Source: a virus. Taken from it: 64,000 nucleotides of DNA. The first letter of the stretch is position 1. The number at the start of each line of letters is the position of its first letter. The notes beneath the pieces are model-generated. The model had not been told where the DNA came from. It was given only the letters and a program-made list of their open reading frames with translations, and did no database searches. The DNA lies in the IMG/VR virus record IMGVR_UViG_3300037567_000704, positions 22,732-86,731 of that record; one strand, 5' to 3'. Shown here one piece after another: positions 28,547 through 37,577 of this stretch. Position numbers and translations under genes: made by a program.

Positions 28547-30790
28547 TCATGAATGGAATAGTGTATCTGTGGCAATAACTCTCATTGACTTAGGAGCAAT
28601 CTTGAGCATACTTCGAATCGGCCCTTTGTCCTCCGGTATTGGCAAAGGAGCCTCTGTGATGAAGTAATCATCTATGATTATGTCAAGTGACTCCTTGGTC
28701 CCAGTGCCACCCTGTTTGGTGAAAGAGAGACGAATCATATCTGAATCAGTAGTATCTGTAGTAGTATCATCAAAGTTGTCCACTGCTCTCCTCATATTGT
28801 GATAGAAAACGGGGTCATCCACTATTATCTCCAAATCTAAGTCATAGGTGGTCTTACCTTCAACAGCAATGGTAGGATTACGAGCGCCAGCAAAGGGAAC
28901 TTGGTCGGTAACGGCACTATCCACGTTGGACCCTGTGATTGTGTAGAACTGCTGAACACCTGTAGTGCCTTTCAAAGTGAAACTAGTTACTTGCCCCAAC
29001 GTCACGCCCTTGACGGTTATGATTCCGTTGTAAAACATGAAGGGCTTCTGAGTCCTCTTGGCAATTCCTGACTTCTTCCTGTTGGCTTCAGTGTTAGCAG
29101 TGTCCTCGAAGAGCCTATGCGGGTCGTATCTGTCTCCCTTGTTACTCGTTTCCAATCTGCCTGTATCCGTGTAACAGAGAGCCGCATCGAAATTCACAGT
29201 CATTCTTAGAGCAGCATCAGTATCTGCCTTGAGAGAGAAGTCCTTGACCTTGCACCCACGATACAGCCTTGTGAGTTGCTTAGTATCAGCAGCACCTCCA
29301 GAGACATCTTCAGTAATATCAGTTCCAGTATCAGCAGTATCGTTTCTTCTGATACTGACTTCCATAGCGAAAGATGGGACTGTGGACCTTGAAAAGATGA
29401 GCCTCTGCACCGGATTTTGTAAAGTAGCATAAGAAGAACTGCCGGAAGTAGTAATGAGATGGGGGCTACCTTTGGTGTTATCACCATTGAACTGGGTGAA
29501 GAAGATTGCAGAAGCGCTGACATGACTAAAACAGAATGGGTCGTCTATCCATATCGAGGAGTCTTTGATAGCCGCTATCCTCCGTATCTCAGTCTTGTTG
29601 GCTCTACTGACTATGCTATCAGCGCCATTGACGGGCCATACACCGTCACTTGCAGTTTCTCTATGGACGTTTATGTCAGTAAGATTGTCATTACTAGCCC
29701 CAGCACCCTCTGGAATCCAGACGTAATCCCCCACACCCGGAACCACATTACCAGTCAGTTCAGCAGCAGGAGTTCCGGTGTATTTGAAGAAGGAGTCGCC
29801 GGGGTTGATTGTAGTTGTAGTCTTCACCACAGTAGCGGCATTGCACAAAGCGGCGGAACTATAGTAAAGAGCATCATTATTAGAAAGAGCCGTTTTTATC
29901 CCAGCACTGCAAGTAATGGTGCTACCGGCACCACTATCGCTCGCAGCAGTGATATGACCTACATACTGACCGTATTGATTGAAAATAGCATCTCCGGGGT
30001 CTAATCCCACAGGAACAGCAGTGATTGCTATTGCGCCTGTATATCCAACAGCCTGCGCCCCATTGCTATCCACAGCCGCAACAGCAGTCACTATCGGCAT
30101 CTTGACTACCTCATGACCAAGAGTGTAGTAGAACCAACGAGCGTTGTGTATGTTGGCTTCGAAAGAGCCACCTGTGTTGATGAACCTACCCGGAACTTGG
30201 ATTGCAACATCACGACCAAGACCCACTACATGAAATCTCTTCAAGTCCACTGTGGTCTCCGGTAATGCGACTGTGCCTACCACTCCCACGAATTGGTCAG
30301 TCAGAACCGATTCTGCTGCAGCATTAGCATTAGTAGCATGTTCCATGTTGATGTCCATCGTGGGGGTCTTGTAAGGCAGAATATGTAATTTACCTACATC
30401 ATTGGTAGCAGTAGTCACATTGGCAGTAGCACTGTGAGCAGTCCTCAATGCTGGTGTGAGGGTGAGTTCAGTGGCTGATTGTGCCACTATCGTGAAAGTC
30501 CTACCACTTTTTGAGTAGTTGTCGTCTGAACTGAAAGCAGCACCGAGGTCAGAGAAGACCACCTTACTGCCTACCAGCATCCCTTTTGGAAACATTATCT
30601 GCTCACTTGCATTGACGGGCAAACCGTCTTCCCCATCTGCGAAAATAATGACGCTGGTATCTGCAATCGAGTCTTTGGTATGAGCGACAATACGCAGATT
30701 ATTCGAACCCATACCGTTTTCTAACACTATCCCAGACTCGTGTCCGAAACTGATTTCGGACAAATCACCCTTGTAGACTGTGGACGGCAT
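28547..30790 (-). CDS. Major tail (tube) protein with inserted accessory domains
   Basis: 747 aa, between the terminator-like gene and the chaperones. Tube-like N- and C-terminal beta segments flank inserted modules. No sheath gene was recognised. Confidence 0.6.
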   Translation of the reverse strand: MPSTVYKGDLSEISFGHESGIVLENGMGSNNLRIVAHTKDSIADTSVIIFADGEDGLPVNASEQIMFPKGMLVGSKVVFSDLGAAFSSDDNYSKSGRTFTIVAQSATELTLTPALRTAHSATANVTTATNDVGKLHILPYKTPTMDINMEHATNANAAAESVLTDQFVGVVGTVALPETTVDLKRFHVVGLGRDVAIQVPGRFINTGGSFEANIHNARWFYYTLGHEVVKMPIVTAVAAVDSNGAQAVGYTGAIAITAVPVGLDPGDAIFNQYGQYVGHITAASDSGAGSTITCSAGIKTALSNNDALYYSSAALCNAATVVKTTTTINPGDSFFKYTGTPAAELTGNVVPGVGDYVWIPEGAGASNDNLTDINVHRETASDGVWPVNGADSIVSRANKTEIRRIAAIKDSSIWIDDPFCFSHVSASAIFFTQFNGDNTKGSPHLITTSGSSSYATLQNPVQRLIFSRSTVPSFAMEVSIRRNDTADTGTDITEDVSGGAADTKQLTRLYRGCKVKDFSLKADTDAALRMTVNFDAALCYTDTGRLETSNKGDRYDPHRLFEDTANTEANRKKSGIAKRTQKPFMFYNGIITVKGVTLGQVTSFTLKGTTGVQQFYTITGSNVDSAVTDQVPFAGARNPTIAVEGKTTYDLDLEIIVDDPVFYHNMRRAVDNFDDTTTDTTDSDMIRLSFTKQGGTGTKESLDIIIDDYFITEAPLPIPEDKGPIRSMLKIAPKSMRVIATDTLFHS

Positions 30791-30804
30791 GACTCTCTCT
30801 CACC

Positions 30805-31254
30805 TCATGGGATAAGTTCTGCAAAGATAACTACTTCGATTTGGAAGGTCGTTCTGAACAACATTTTGGACCTATCTGACAAATCTGTACGTGTTTTGAA
30901 TACAAGCCTGTCAAAATTAGTGCCATCTCCCTTTCTCTTGATGTGAATACATCTACGAACCTCGTTCTCCATGTTCTGCATGTGCTTACGACTCCTCATG
31001 GTCCGAGCATCAAGAGTGATATTAATGCGCGTCGTAACAAAATCATAGAGCATTTCAGGAGTCTCTTCGTTGTGCGCTGTCTCAAAGACCAAAACGTAAT
31101 CTCGATTTTTCATATCCAACCTCTTCCCGCGCTCTGGACTGATTTCAGCGATATCTATGATTACAGGCTTGTAGTTATTGGTATTACCTCGATTCCAATT
31201 CGTGTCTAAGACATCAATCAATACGTCTAACCCTTCGAGCCAAGTAGCAGTCAT
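30805..31254 (-). CDS. Putative tail terminator/completion protein
   Basis: 149-aa alpha/beta protein directly upstream of the tail tube gene. Confidence 0.5.
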   Translation of the reverse strand: MTATWLEGLDVLIDVLDTNWNRGNTNNYKPVIIDIAEISPERGKRLDMKNRDYVLVFETAHNEETPEMLYDFVTTRINITLDARTMRSRKHMQNMENEVRRCIHIKRKGDGTNFDRLVFKTRTDLSDRSKMLFRTTFQIEVVIFAELIP

Positions 31255-31589
31255 ACCTTCACCTTCCTGATAATCTTCATACCCACGTATTCGAAACCTA
31301 ACTCATTCATCATGGAATTACCTTCTGTGAGCATCCTCTCCTCAACTATCTTCAAGACGCCTTTTCCCTTCTCGAAGTCTATCGGTTGCTGGGTATTCTC
31401 ATCAATCATGACTCCGTCTTTCTGGATTATTCCCGCTTCTTCAAACTCTTCCCGCTCTTTAACTGCTCTAAGTGAGACAGGTTCCTGTGAAAAGAAAGCC
31501 CTCAATTCCTTCTGTGCGTTATCGTCCTTTTTGAATCCCTTATTGATTTCAAATAAGGTCTCTACAGCGAAATCATCCTTCTTAGCCAA
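31251..31589 (-). CDS. Hypothetical neck-region protein (start re-called to TTG 31589)
   Basis: GGAGGTGG SD lies 6 nt upstream of TTG 31589 (MAKKDDFAVE...). This start avoids the long overlap of the track start. Confidence 0.55.
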   Translation of the reverse strand: MAKKDDFAVETLFEINKGFKKDDNAQKELRAFFSQEPVSLRAVKEREEFEEAGIIQKDGVMIDENTQQPIDFEKGKGVLKIVEERMLTEGNSMMNELGFEYVGMKIIRKVKV

Positions 31590-33255
31590 AGGAGACCACC
31601 TCCAAGTAACGCGGCAGAGTCCTTTCCACATCTGCTTTGTAGAGTTGGATTTTGGAAGACAAGTCCACATTCTGAGTTCCTTCTGGTATCAGAACGCTAC
31701 GGTCATCACTCATCAGTAAATCAACCGCCACCATCTTGGTGCACATATCCTCTATACCTTTCTCAAGATAACGCTCTCCATAAATGTAAGCCACCTTGAT
31801 TGCATTCCACTCGAAGAACGGGTATGAGTTGTTGAAGTAAATGATACCCATCTCGTTGTCAATCCACCAATCTCGCAGTCTACCTCTATCACCAGAAGCA
31901 CTACCGCCCTGCAAATCAACTGACAAAAGGTATTGAGTGATTTCTACACCTGTGGTGTTCAAAGTAGTTAAAGGAGTTCCGCTGAGATTAACACACCCAG
32001 TGAAAGTTCCCCACGCTGTAACGGCTCCTGTATCAGGATGGAGCGTCGTTGCCGTCTTTCCAGTGTAAGAAACTACCTCGTTACCTACCTGTAATAGACC
32101 CTTTTCAACGAAACCAGCAGTCTTAGATGCAGTGGTAGTGGCTCCATTATCATCGAAAGTGTAACCAAGAGTCACTGTAGTTGAACTCACCGATGCGCTA
32201 TATGCAGTCGCTGAGGTAGTTTCACTCACCGTTATGTTGGTAGCATCACTTACTGCGATAGTGCAAGTCTCCCCGGCAGAAGTAGAACGCATACTAGTTA
32301 TCTTGACCACACCGCTACCATAATCAGAATTAGCGGTGGCGAGGAACTCGTTATGAACAGCAACAGCAGAAGTGCTACCTTCTAAAGTGAATGTAGTAGT
32401 AGAATCACTTTGGTCTGAAAGGAAATTGACGACAGTCTTACCGACTCTGTCTTCTTTATTGATTAGGTCAGCGAAATTCTGGGCTGTAGTAATTTTGTCG
32501 AAGTCTGACCTCCATTGGTTTGTTCCCGTCCCGATTTGTAATTTGGCAAAGAATCCGTTACCAGAAGATAGGAATACGCTATCAGAAGCGAGTTTGGTAT
32601 AGTCTGTTATTATGACTCTACATTCTGCAGCACCTATCTCTCTGTAATCGTCTCCTTGCCAGAGTTCCAATCTAAGAATCTGTTGAACGTTTCTGTATAG
32701 AAGAGGAGTGGTTCCCACATAATCAGTGTAGTATCGGCGGCGATAAGGTTTGTATGTATCGAAATTGATGTATTCTGCATTAACTAGATTGGGTCTCCAA
32801 GAGTTATGAGTTATGTTGTCTATCTTGTCCTGCATCCTCTTGATTATTTTCTCCACCTTGTCTTTGGTCATACCACGAGTCCTACCATTAGTGAAGGAAG
32901 CCGTGTTCTGGACATATGCATTGTCAGCGAATTGGTAGTTAGCATGAGTGATTGAGACAGCGAAGTTCAATTGGACACCGGGTGAGTTGGTTGTCACCGA
33001 GGTAATTGTTCTCTCTGTCCCCATGGGGTCTGCATCAGAATAGAGAAGAATGATATCATCTTTACTGAATCCTATGTTCCTATAGTCCGTCCCGGTGACG
33101 TATACTGCGTTCGCTGTGCTGTCTTGAGCGACAAGAACAGCATCCTGCGGTCCTATATCGAGTAGGTCAGCGACATTCTGCGCTGTGGTGTAGACAATGG
33201 CATCTGGGTCAAGAGGCCTTGTCTCTGCTTCACCCGGACTGAATACTTGTGGCAT
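31582..33255 (-). CDS. Head-tail adaptor/connector with inserted beta domains
   Basis: N-terminal YTTAQNVADLL and C-terminal IKVAYIYG...GIEDMCTKMVAVDLL match the gp6/gp15-type adaptor pattern. An inserted GLLQVGNEVVSYTGKT module lies between them. Confidence 0.6.
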   Translation of the reverse strand: MPQVFSPGEAETRPLDPDAIVYTTAQNVADLLDIGPQDAVLVAQDSTANAVYVTGTDYRNIGFSKDDIILLYSDADPMGTERTITSVTTNSPGVQLNFAVSITHANYQFADNAYVQNTASFTNGRTRGMTKDKVEKIIKRMQDKIDNITHNSWRPNLVNAEYINFDTYKPYRRRYYTDYVGTTPLLYRNVQQILRLELWQGDDYREIGAAECRVIITDYTKLASDSVFLSSGNGFFAKLQIGTGTNQWRSDFDKITTAQNFADLINKEDRVGKTVVNFLSDQSDSTTTFTLEGSTSAVAVHNEFLATANSDYGSGVVKITSMRSTSAGETCTIAVSDATNITVSETTSATAYSASVSSTTVTLGYTFDDNGATTTASKTAGFVEKGLLQVGNEVVSYTGKTATTLHPDTGAVTAWGTFTGCVNLSGTPLTTLNTTGVEITQYLLSVDLQGGSASGDRGRLRDWWIDNEMGIIYFNNSYPFFEWNAIKVAYIYGERYLEKGIEDMCTKMVAVDLLMSDDRSVLIPEGTQNVDLSSKIQLYKADVERTLPRYLEVVSFG

Positions 33256-33554
33256 TAGAGCCTCGCCCCCTCATCACGATGGCCGAGGTTGTATTCCATA
33301 GGCCTTTTGCAACTCCCACAATCTTTCTTCCACATGAAATGAAGAAGACCACAGTGCTTACAACGAGTGCCAGAGCCAATATTGAGAACGTCGCCTATAT
33401 CCTTGTTTCTCTGTCGCTGCTCAGAAATTACGCCCTCCAAGGGCTTCAAATCGTTGTATACCTCGCTTGTCCCTAAGGACTCAGCCAGTCTAACATTCTC
33501 TTTTTGAGCACGAGAGATGTCGTCAAAATCGAGAGTTTTTAACTCGAAACCCAC
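33255..33554 (-). CDS. Zinc-ribbon protein
   Basis: CKHC...CGSC motif. GTG start with SD. TAATG overlap with the adaptor gene. Confidence 0.65.
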   Translation of the reverse strand: MGFELKTLDFDDISRAQKENVRLAESLGTSEVYNDLKPLEGVISEQRQRNKDIGDVLNIGSGTRCKHCGLLHFMWKKDCGSCKRPMEYNLGHRDEGARL

Positions 33555-33569
33555 ACATCTCCCTCACTC

Positions 33570-33770
33570 TCATGCACTACCTGTGCCATATGTAGTTGTT
33601 ACAAAAATCCAAACATTACCAAGAATAGTATGCGGGTCAGCAGACACTATTGTGGCATTACCGGCAGCAGTAACTACGGCAGCCGCTATTGTCGTAACAC
33701 TGCTCGCGCCTTCTATGAAATCCTTAGGCGGGTAAGGCCCTAGTATTGTGCACGATGTTGTTGCTGCCAT
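33570..33770 (-). CDS. Small virion protein (hypothetical)
   Basis: 66 aa within the head operon, SD-like GGCGGT upstream. Confidence 0.55.
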   Translation of the reverse strand: MAATTSCTILGPYPPKDFIEGASSVTTIAAAVVTAAGNATIVSADPHTILGNVWIFVTTTYGTGSA

Positions 33771-33784
33771 TTAGATTACCGCCT

Positions 33785-34063
33785 TCAAGAACGGTTACCT
33801 ATCGCCATGAACTGGTAGTCGCCGCCAGACCCGCTAGTTATCGTAGCGAGATAGACCAACGTTCCGTCAATGGATGAGGCGGGTGCTGCCAAAGCGGTCG
33901 CCCCTACTCCGTTGATGAGGAAAGTATCTACGCTCGCTAGAAGGTCAGCAAAATCAATGTGACCGCTAGTTGCTCCTGAGTTAGTTAGTGTTCCAGTCAC
34001 CACAGCCTTGTTTCCAAATACTGTCGGTCTTGCGTCAAATGCTAATGTTGCTAGTAATGCCAT
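33785..34063 (-). CDS. Putative capsid decoration / head accessory protein
   Basis: 92-aa beta-rich protein ending YQFMAIG, downstream of the capsid gene. Confidence 0.5.
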   Translation of the reverse strand: MALLATLAFDARPTVFGNKAVVTGTLTNSGATSGHIDFADLLASVDTFLINGVGATALAAPASSIDGTLVYLATITSGSGGDYQFMAIGNRS

Positions 34064-34069
34064 TTCTAA

Positions 34070-34507
34070 TCACTCTTCTGTTTTTTCTGCCTCTTCCTTG
34101 GCTGGTTCTTCGACTATTTCCTCGATTACTTCTTCGACTATTTCCTCGACTACTTCTACTTCAGGTTCGACTACTTCTACTATCGGCTCAGGGGCGGGGG
34201 GATTTAGATGTTGCTCCACTATACCAAGTAGCGCACTCTTTGTTTTGTAACCCAGACCCAGAGATACACCCTGTTCGTCTAACCACGTTATGATATCAGG
34301 TCTTCGCCATCCAGAATCTGGAAGGCCATCCCCATCATCGTGAGTAGGAGCCTCATCTCCTTCGATTTCGAAATTCTCACCCATGTGGAAACGATTATCA
34401 TCCATCCACTTTTGAGATACATCTACCCATTGGGCCCTTGGAAAGACAACGTCCTTCCCAGCACTTCTGGTCTCGTAATGAGGACCCAAAAACCTAACCT
34501 GCGGCAA
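34070..34507 (-). CDS. HeH/Rho-N-like helical domain protein with acidic tail
   Basis: WRRPDIITWLDEQGVSLGLGYKTKSALLGIV resembles helix-extension-helix domains often encoded next to capsid genes. E/V-rich C-terminus. Confidence 0.55.
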   Translation of the reverse strand: MPQVRFLGPHYETRSAGKDVVFPRAQWVDVSQKWMDDNRFHMGENFEIEGDEAPTHDDGDGLPDSGWRRPDIITWLDEQGVSLGLGYKTKSALLGIVEQHLNPPAPEPIVEVVEPEVEVVEEIVEEVIEEIVEEPAKEEAEKTEE

Positions 34508-34516
34508 TTATACACC

Positions 34517-34939
34517 TCAAGAGACTATTGCCATGAAAAGAGTTCTGTTGTCCAATGTGCCCTCTGCGAGCATTGTGGCCGTTGCACTTCCGCCGGTAGT
34601 GAGGTTAGTCGTGCAAGTCAGAGACTTACCCGCTACACCCGAACCGCCGATTATCAGTCCGTGAATGGTATCTGCATCTCCACCAACTGTGAAGACGTTA
34701 GCGTTCTGCACTAGAGTGAGAACACCCATCACGAGTTTCAACCCTCGTCCTGCTGTATTTATCGTATCGTCGTTTGTTGCTTGGAATCCAGTTATAGCGC
34801 CGGGGTAAGCATCTGCTACTCCTGCCGCACCGTCTAACCAGCGCGTGCTACCTTCTAACGCTCCTGCATACATATCTATTTCAAAATCTACGGCCATTAC
34901 GCCGCCACTTCCTGTCGTTAAACTAAATGTTACTGCCAT
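34517..34939 (-). CDS. Putative capsid decoration/cement protein
   Basis: 140-aa G/A/T-rich beta protein right after the capsid gene, with GAGGTGA SD. Confidence 0.5.
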   Translation of the reverse strand: MAVTFSLTTGSGGVMAVDFEIDMYAGALEGSTRWLDGAAGVADAYPGAITGFQATNDDTINTAGRGLKLVMGVLTLVQNANVFTVGGDADTIHGLIIGGSGVAGKSLTCTTNLTTGGSATATMLAEGTLDNRTLFMAIVS

Positions 34940-34974
34940 TTTTTTTCACCTCTATCTCCTATAATTCTCCATCA

Positions 34975-36117
34975 TCACTTGATGTCTCGAATACTTCCTT
35001 GTCCTCCGAAGAAAGTGGTCCAGACCTCTCCCATTGTTCGGTAGAGTCCTTCCTGACCCAGTCTGTTGATGGCGAATGGGTCTCCAGTCTCGATGCCCGA
35101 CTCGAAATATTGTGTCGGTATCGCTGTGCTGAAGTATAAGTAATCTGTGTCTAGGTAATACATCCTGCTGATTCCATCAGAGTTGTAAACGTCCTTGGAT
35201 GGAATGATTGGAACACCGTTGTAAGTAGCCACGATGAACCCGGCCTCCATACCCGGAACACCCTTCACACCGTTGTAAGTGGGGGTGACCCTCTTCTCTT
35301 CCATGAACCTCTGCTGGCTCTGCAATAGTTGCTGCAGACGCATTAGAGTATCGTAGCCGGTCAGAATGACCTTCGGATTTCCACCACGAACCCAGACTTT
35401 CTGGAACAAATCATCCAGTTGGTCAAGACTCAGTGTGCGATTAGTTCCGCTTGTTGCAGCATTGCACTCAGAGTAGGACCAACCGTTGCCGCCCCCATTT
35501 CTGTTGATACTGTAGATATCTTCTCTGGTAGCCGTATAATGGGTTCCAGCAGTCATTGCGGTGGAATCACCACAAGTAATCCTGTCGAGAGATTCCAAGT
35601 TATTACCTGCTACAGTGTCTATGTCGCCAGTGAGCATCAAGTTCACCATCTCAGCGTGATGCTTGCCCATCTCTTCCTTGAGAACTTGTCGAATGTCTCC
35701 GAGGCCGTCGTCCTTGTCAGCGAGGAAAATCGCCACTTCGCTCATGTCGAATGAATGGGCGATAGTCTTGGGCTTTGCAGCAACGTGCTGGAAAGTCGGC
35801 TTGACCGTCTCAGGCAGAGTTGCATTCTCAGCAACACCGCCATGAACGGAGCCAGAGTTAGGCTTGTCTGTGATGACTCGCCATCCAGACCTGTCCCAAG
35901 GTTTCTTGGGCAGTATGCTGAAGGCATTGAATTCTTGATTCATCTGACTCCATACTTTGCGTCCGTAAATTGCTTGATAAGTCCCACCAGTAGATGAGAG
36001 CATTGGGCTGTCAGCCTTCAGTAATTCACTACCACTGTAGGTGTAACCCATTGCGTTCCCTGCGCCATAATAATAACGCTCCATGTCTGTTACTGTTCGA
36101 ATATAGTTTCTTGCCAT
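34975..36117 (-). CDS. Major capsid protein (HK97 fold)
   Basis: 380 aa directly after the protease gene. Motifs IYGRKVWSQMNQEFNAFSILPKKPW, GGVAENATLPET, KVILTGYDTLMRL and ATYNGVPIIPSKD resemble archaeal tailed-virus capsid proteins. SD GGAGTGATG. Confidence 0.88.
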   Translation of the reverse strand: MARNYIRTVTDMERYYYGAGNAMGYTYSGSELLKADSPMLSSTGGTYQAIYGRKVWSQMNQEFNAFSILPKKPWDRSGWRVITDKPNSGSVHGGVAENATLPETVKPTFQHVAAKPKTIAHSFDMSEVAIFLADKDDGLGDIRQVLKEEMGKHHAEMVNLMLTGDIDTVAGNNLESLDRITCGDSTAMTAGTHYTATREDIYSINRNGGGNGWSYSECNAATSGTNRTLSLDQLDDLFQKVWVRGGNPKVILTGYDTLMRLQQLLQSQQRFMEEKRVTPTYNGVKGVPGMEAGFIVATYNGVPIIPSKDVYNSDGISRMYYLDTDYLYFSTAIPTQYFESGIETGDPFAINRLGQEGLYRTMGEVWTTFFGGQGSIRDIK

Positions 36118-36135
36118 TCTTCATCACTCCTTTAT

Positions 36136-37548
36136 TCAGTCGCTCCTAAATGCTCTATTCGCTAAATTGTGAACCTCAGTCCACGACATTTCAGCAAGGT
36201 CTTCTGTTGAGGGGACCTCGAACACTGGGAGGGATTCGTTACTCTTCTGGATATTCTCGCCAATTTCGGCGGGAGTTCCGATATTCTCAATGCGCTCAGT
36301 TAGTGCAGCGATACTCTTCTGGATTTGGGCAAGTGGGCCACGAGCATCGAAGGCCTGTGCCTCGGCCTTAGTTACCTCATTAGTCCTCTCGTGCGCGTAT
36401 CGTGATGAGAAATTATTTTCCAAGGCACCCTTGAACTCTTGCTCAAGAGCAGCAGCCTTGTAGATTTCATATGCAGCCTCAACATCGCTCTCAGATACTC
36501 GGTCTGGAGTTAGGAAGTTACCCTTCTTGACTCCTCCGCCTTTACCAGAAAGGCCTGAAGCGGATAGAGCATTGGTAGAAGGCTTGCCGCTCTCGGTCGC
36601 TCGACCCTTAACTTGACCAGTCCTCTGTGGCAGACTCTGCTCCAATTCCTCAGGGGTGGAACCAGCGTTAGCCTTGGAGACATTATCGAAGTGTGAGCGT
36701 GCGGCTATTGTGTCCACGCCTGCACTCTTCAGACTTGTCTCCATCCAATCGAGATACTCAGAAGATATGACATCGGAGTATTCCGATTTCTTCTCAAACG
36801 GATTCTTTTCATCCTTATCCTTCTTGTCATCGCCATTGTCATCGTCGCTGCCTTTGTCATCGTCGTCGCCATTGCCGTTTTTCTTATCGTCCTTACCGTC
36901 TAACCAAGGAAGTCCTTTCTCCATAGAATCGAGCCTTCCTTCTAAACGACCAAGAACGTCAGTCATTTGCGTCATAACATTGTTGTCTTCTTCTGTCATT
37001 TTATTCACCTTGTCTTCTTTCAATATTCTAAATGTTGCTTCTGGATTGATTCCTTTTTCACAGATTGTTACTTCGTGTAGTTCAAGTTTGCTGATTTCTT
37101 GGTAATCGCCGTGCACTGGGTCTGATTTTCTGACTCGTTTGAATGCCTGCCCTCCGATACTGAAACCCCTTAATGCTCCTTTTCGGATTTCGGCAGCGAC
37201 TTCCTTTGCTTTTTCAATGTCGTTTCTGAGTTCTACTACTACAAACATCCCGACATCATCAACTTCGCTTTTCCACAACCTCCCTTCACTATCTGTATAA
37301 TTTGGAATCACTTCACCGACTTGTATGTTAGAATGCGCTAATTGCACGTTTCTGTATTTCGGGTCCCCCATGTATTTTTGGAATGCATCTTTGAGCGCTT
37401 CTTTGGTTATTTTATCCCCTTGCTTGTCTACTACTTCCACGCTCGCGTAGCCTGCAACGATGAGGTCTCCACCCTTGATGAGAGTGATTTTATGTTCTGA
37501 ACTGACTCGAAGAGGGGATAACACACTGGCTCTGAGTGTGGCCGCCAT
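36136..37548 (-). CDS. Prohead protease fused to a scaffold-like C-terminal region
   Basis: GYASVEVVDKQGD, QLAH (His), GFSIGG (Ser) and LHEVTICEKGINPEA are HK97-type protease motifs. A coiled-coil/acidic C-terminal part follows. Confidence 0.9.
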   Translation of the reverse strand: MAATLRASVLSPLRVSSEHKITLIKGGDLIVAGYASVEVVDKQGDKITKEALKDAFQKYMGDPKYRNVQLAHSNIQVGEVIPNYTDSEGRLWKSEVDDVGMFVVVELRNDIEKAKEVAAEIRKGALRGFSIGGQAFKRVRKSDPVHGDYQEISKLELHEVTICEKGINPEATFRILKEDKVNKMTEEDNNVMTQMTDVLGRLEGRLDSMEKGLPWLDGKDDKKNGNGDDDDKGSDDDNGDDKKDKDEKNPFEKKSEYSDVISSEYLDWMETSLKSAGVDTIAARSHFDNVSKANAGSTPEELEQSLPQRTGQVKGRATESGKPSTNALSASGLSGKGGGVKKGNFLTPDRVSESDVEAAYEIYKAAALEQEFKGALENNFSSRYAHERTNEVTKAEAQAFDARGPLAQIQKSIAALTERIENIGTPAEIGENIQKSNESLPVFEVPSTEDLAEMSWTEVHNLANRAFRSD

Positions 37549-37577
37549 ACTACTTTAATGAAGCGACACCAAAAATA

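Noticed and set aside
28547-30790. Contractile tail sheath, suggested by its size
   Set aside because: No separate tube gene or sheath motifs were recognised; the size is explained by inserted domains. This is not fully excluded without profile searches.
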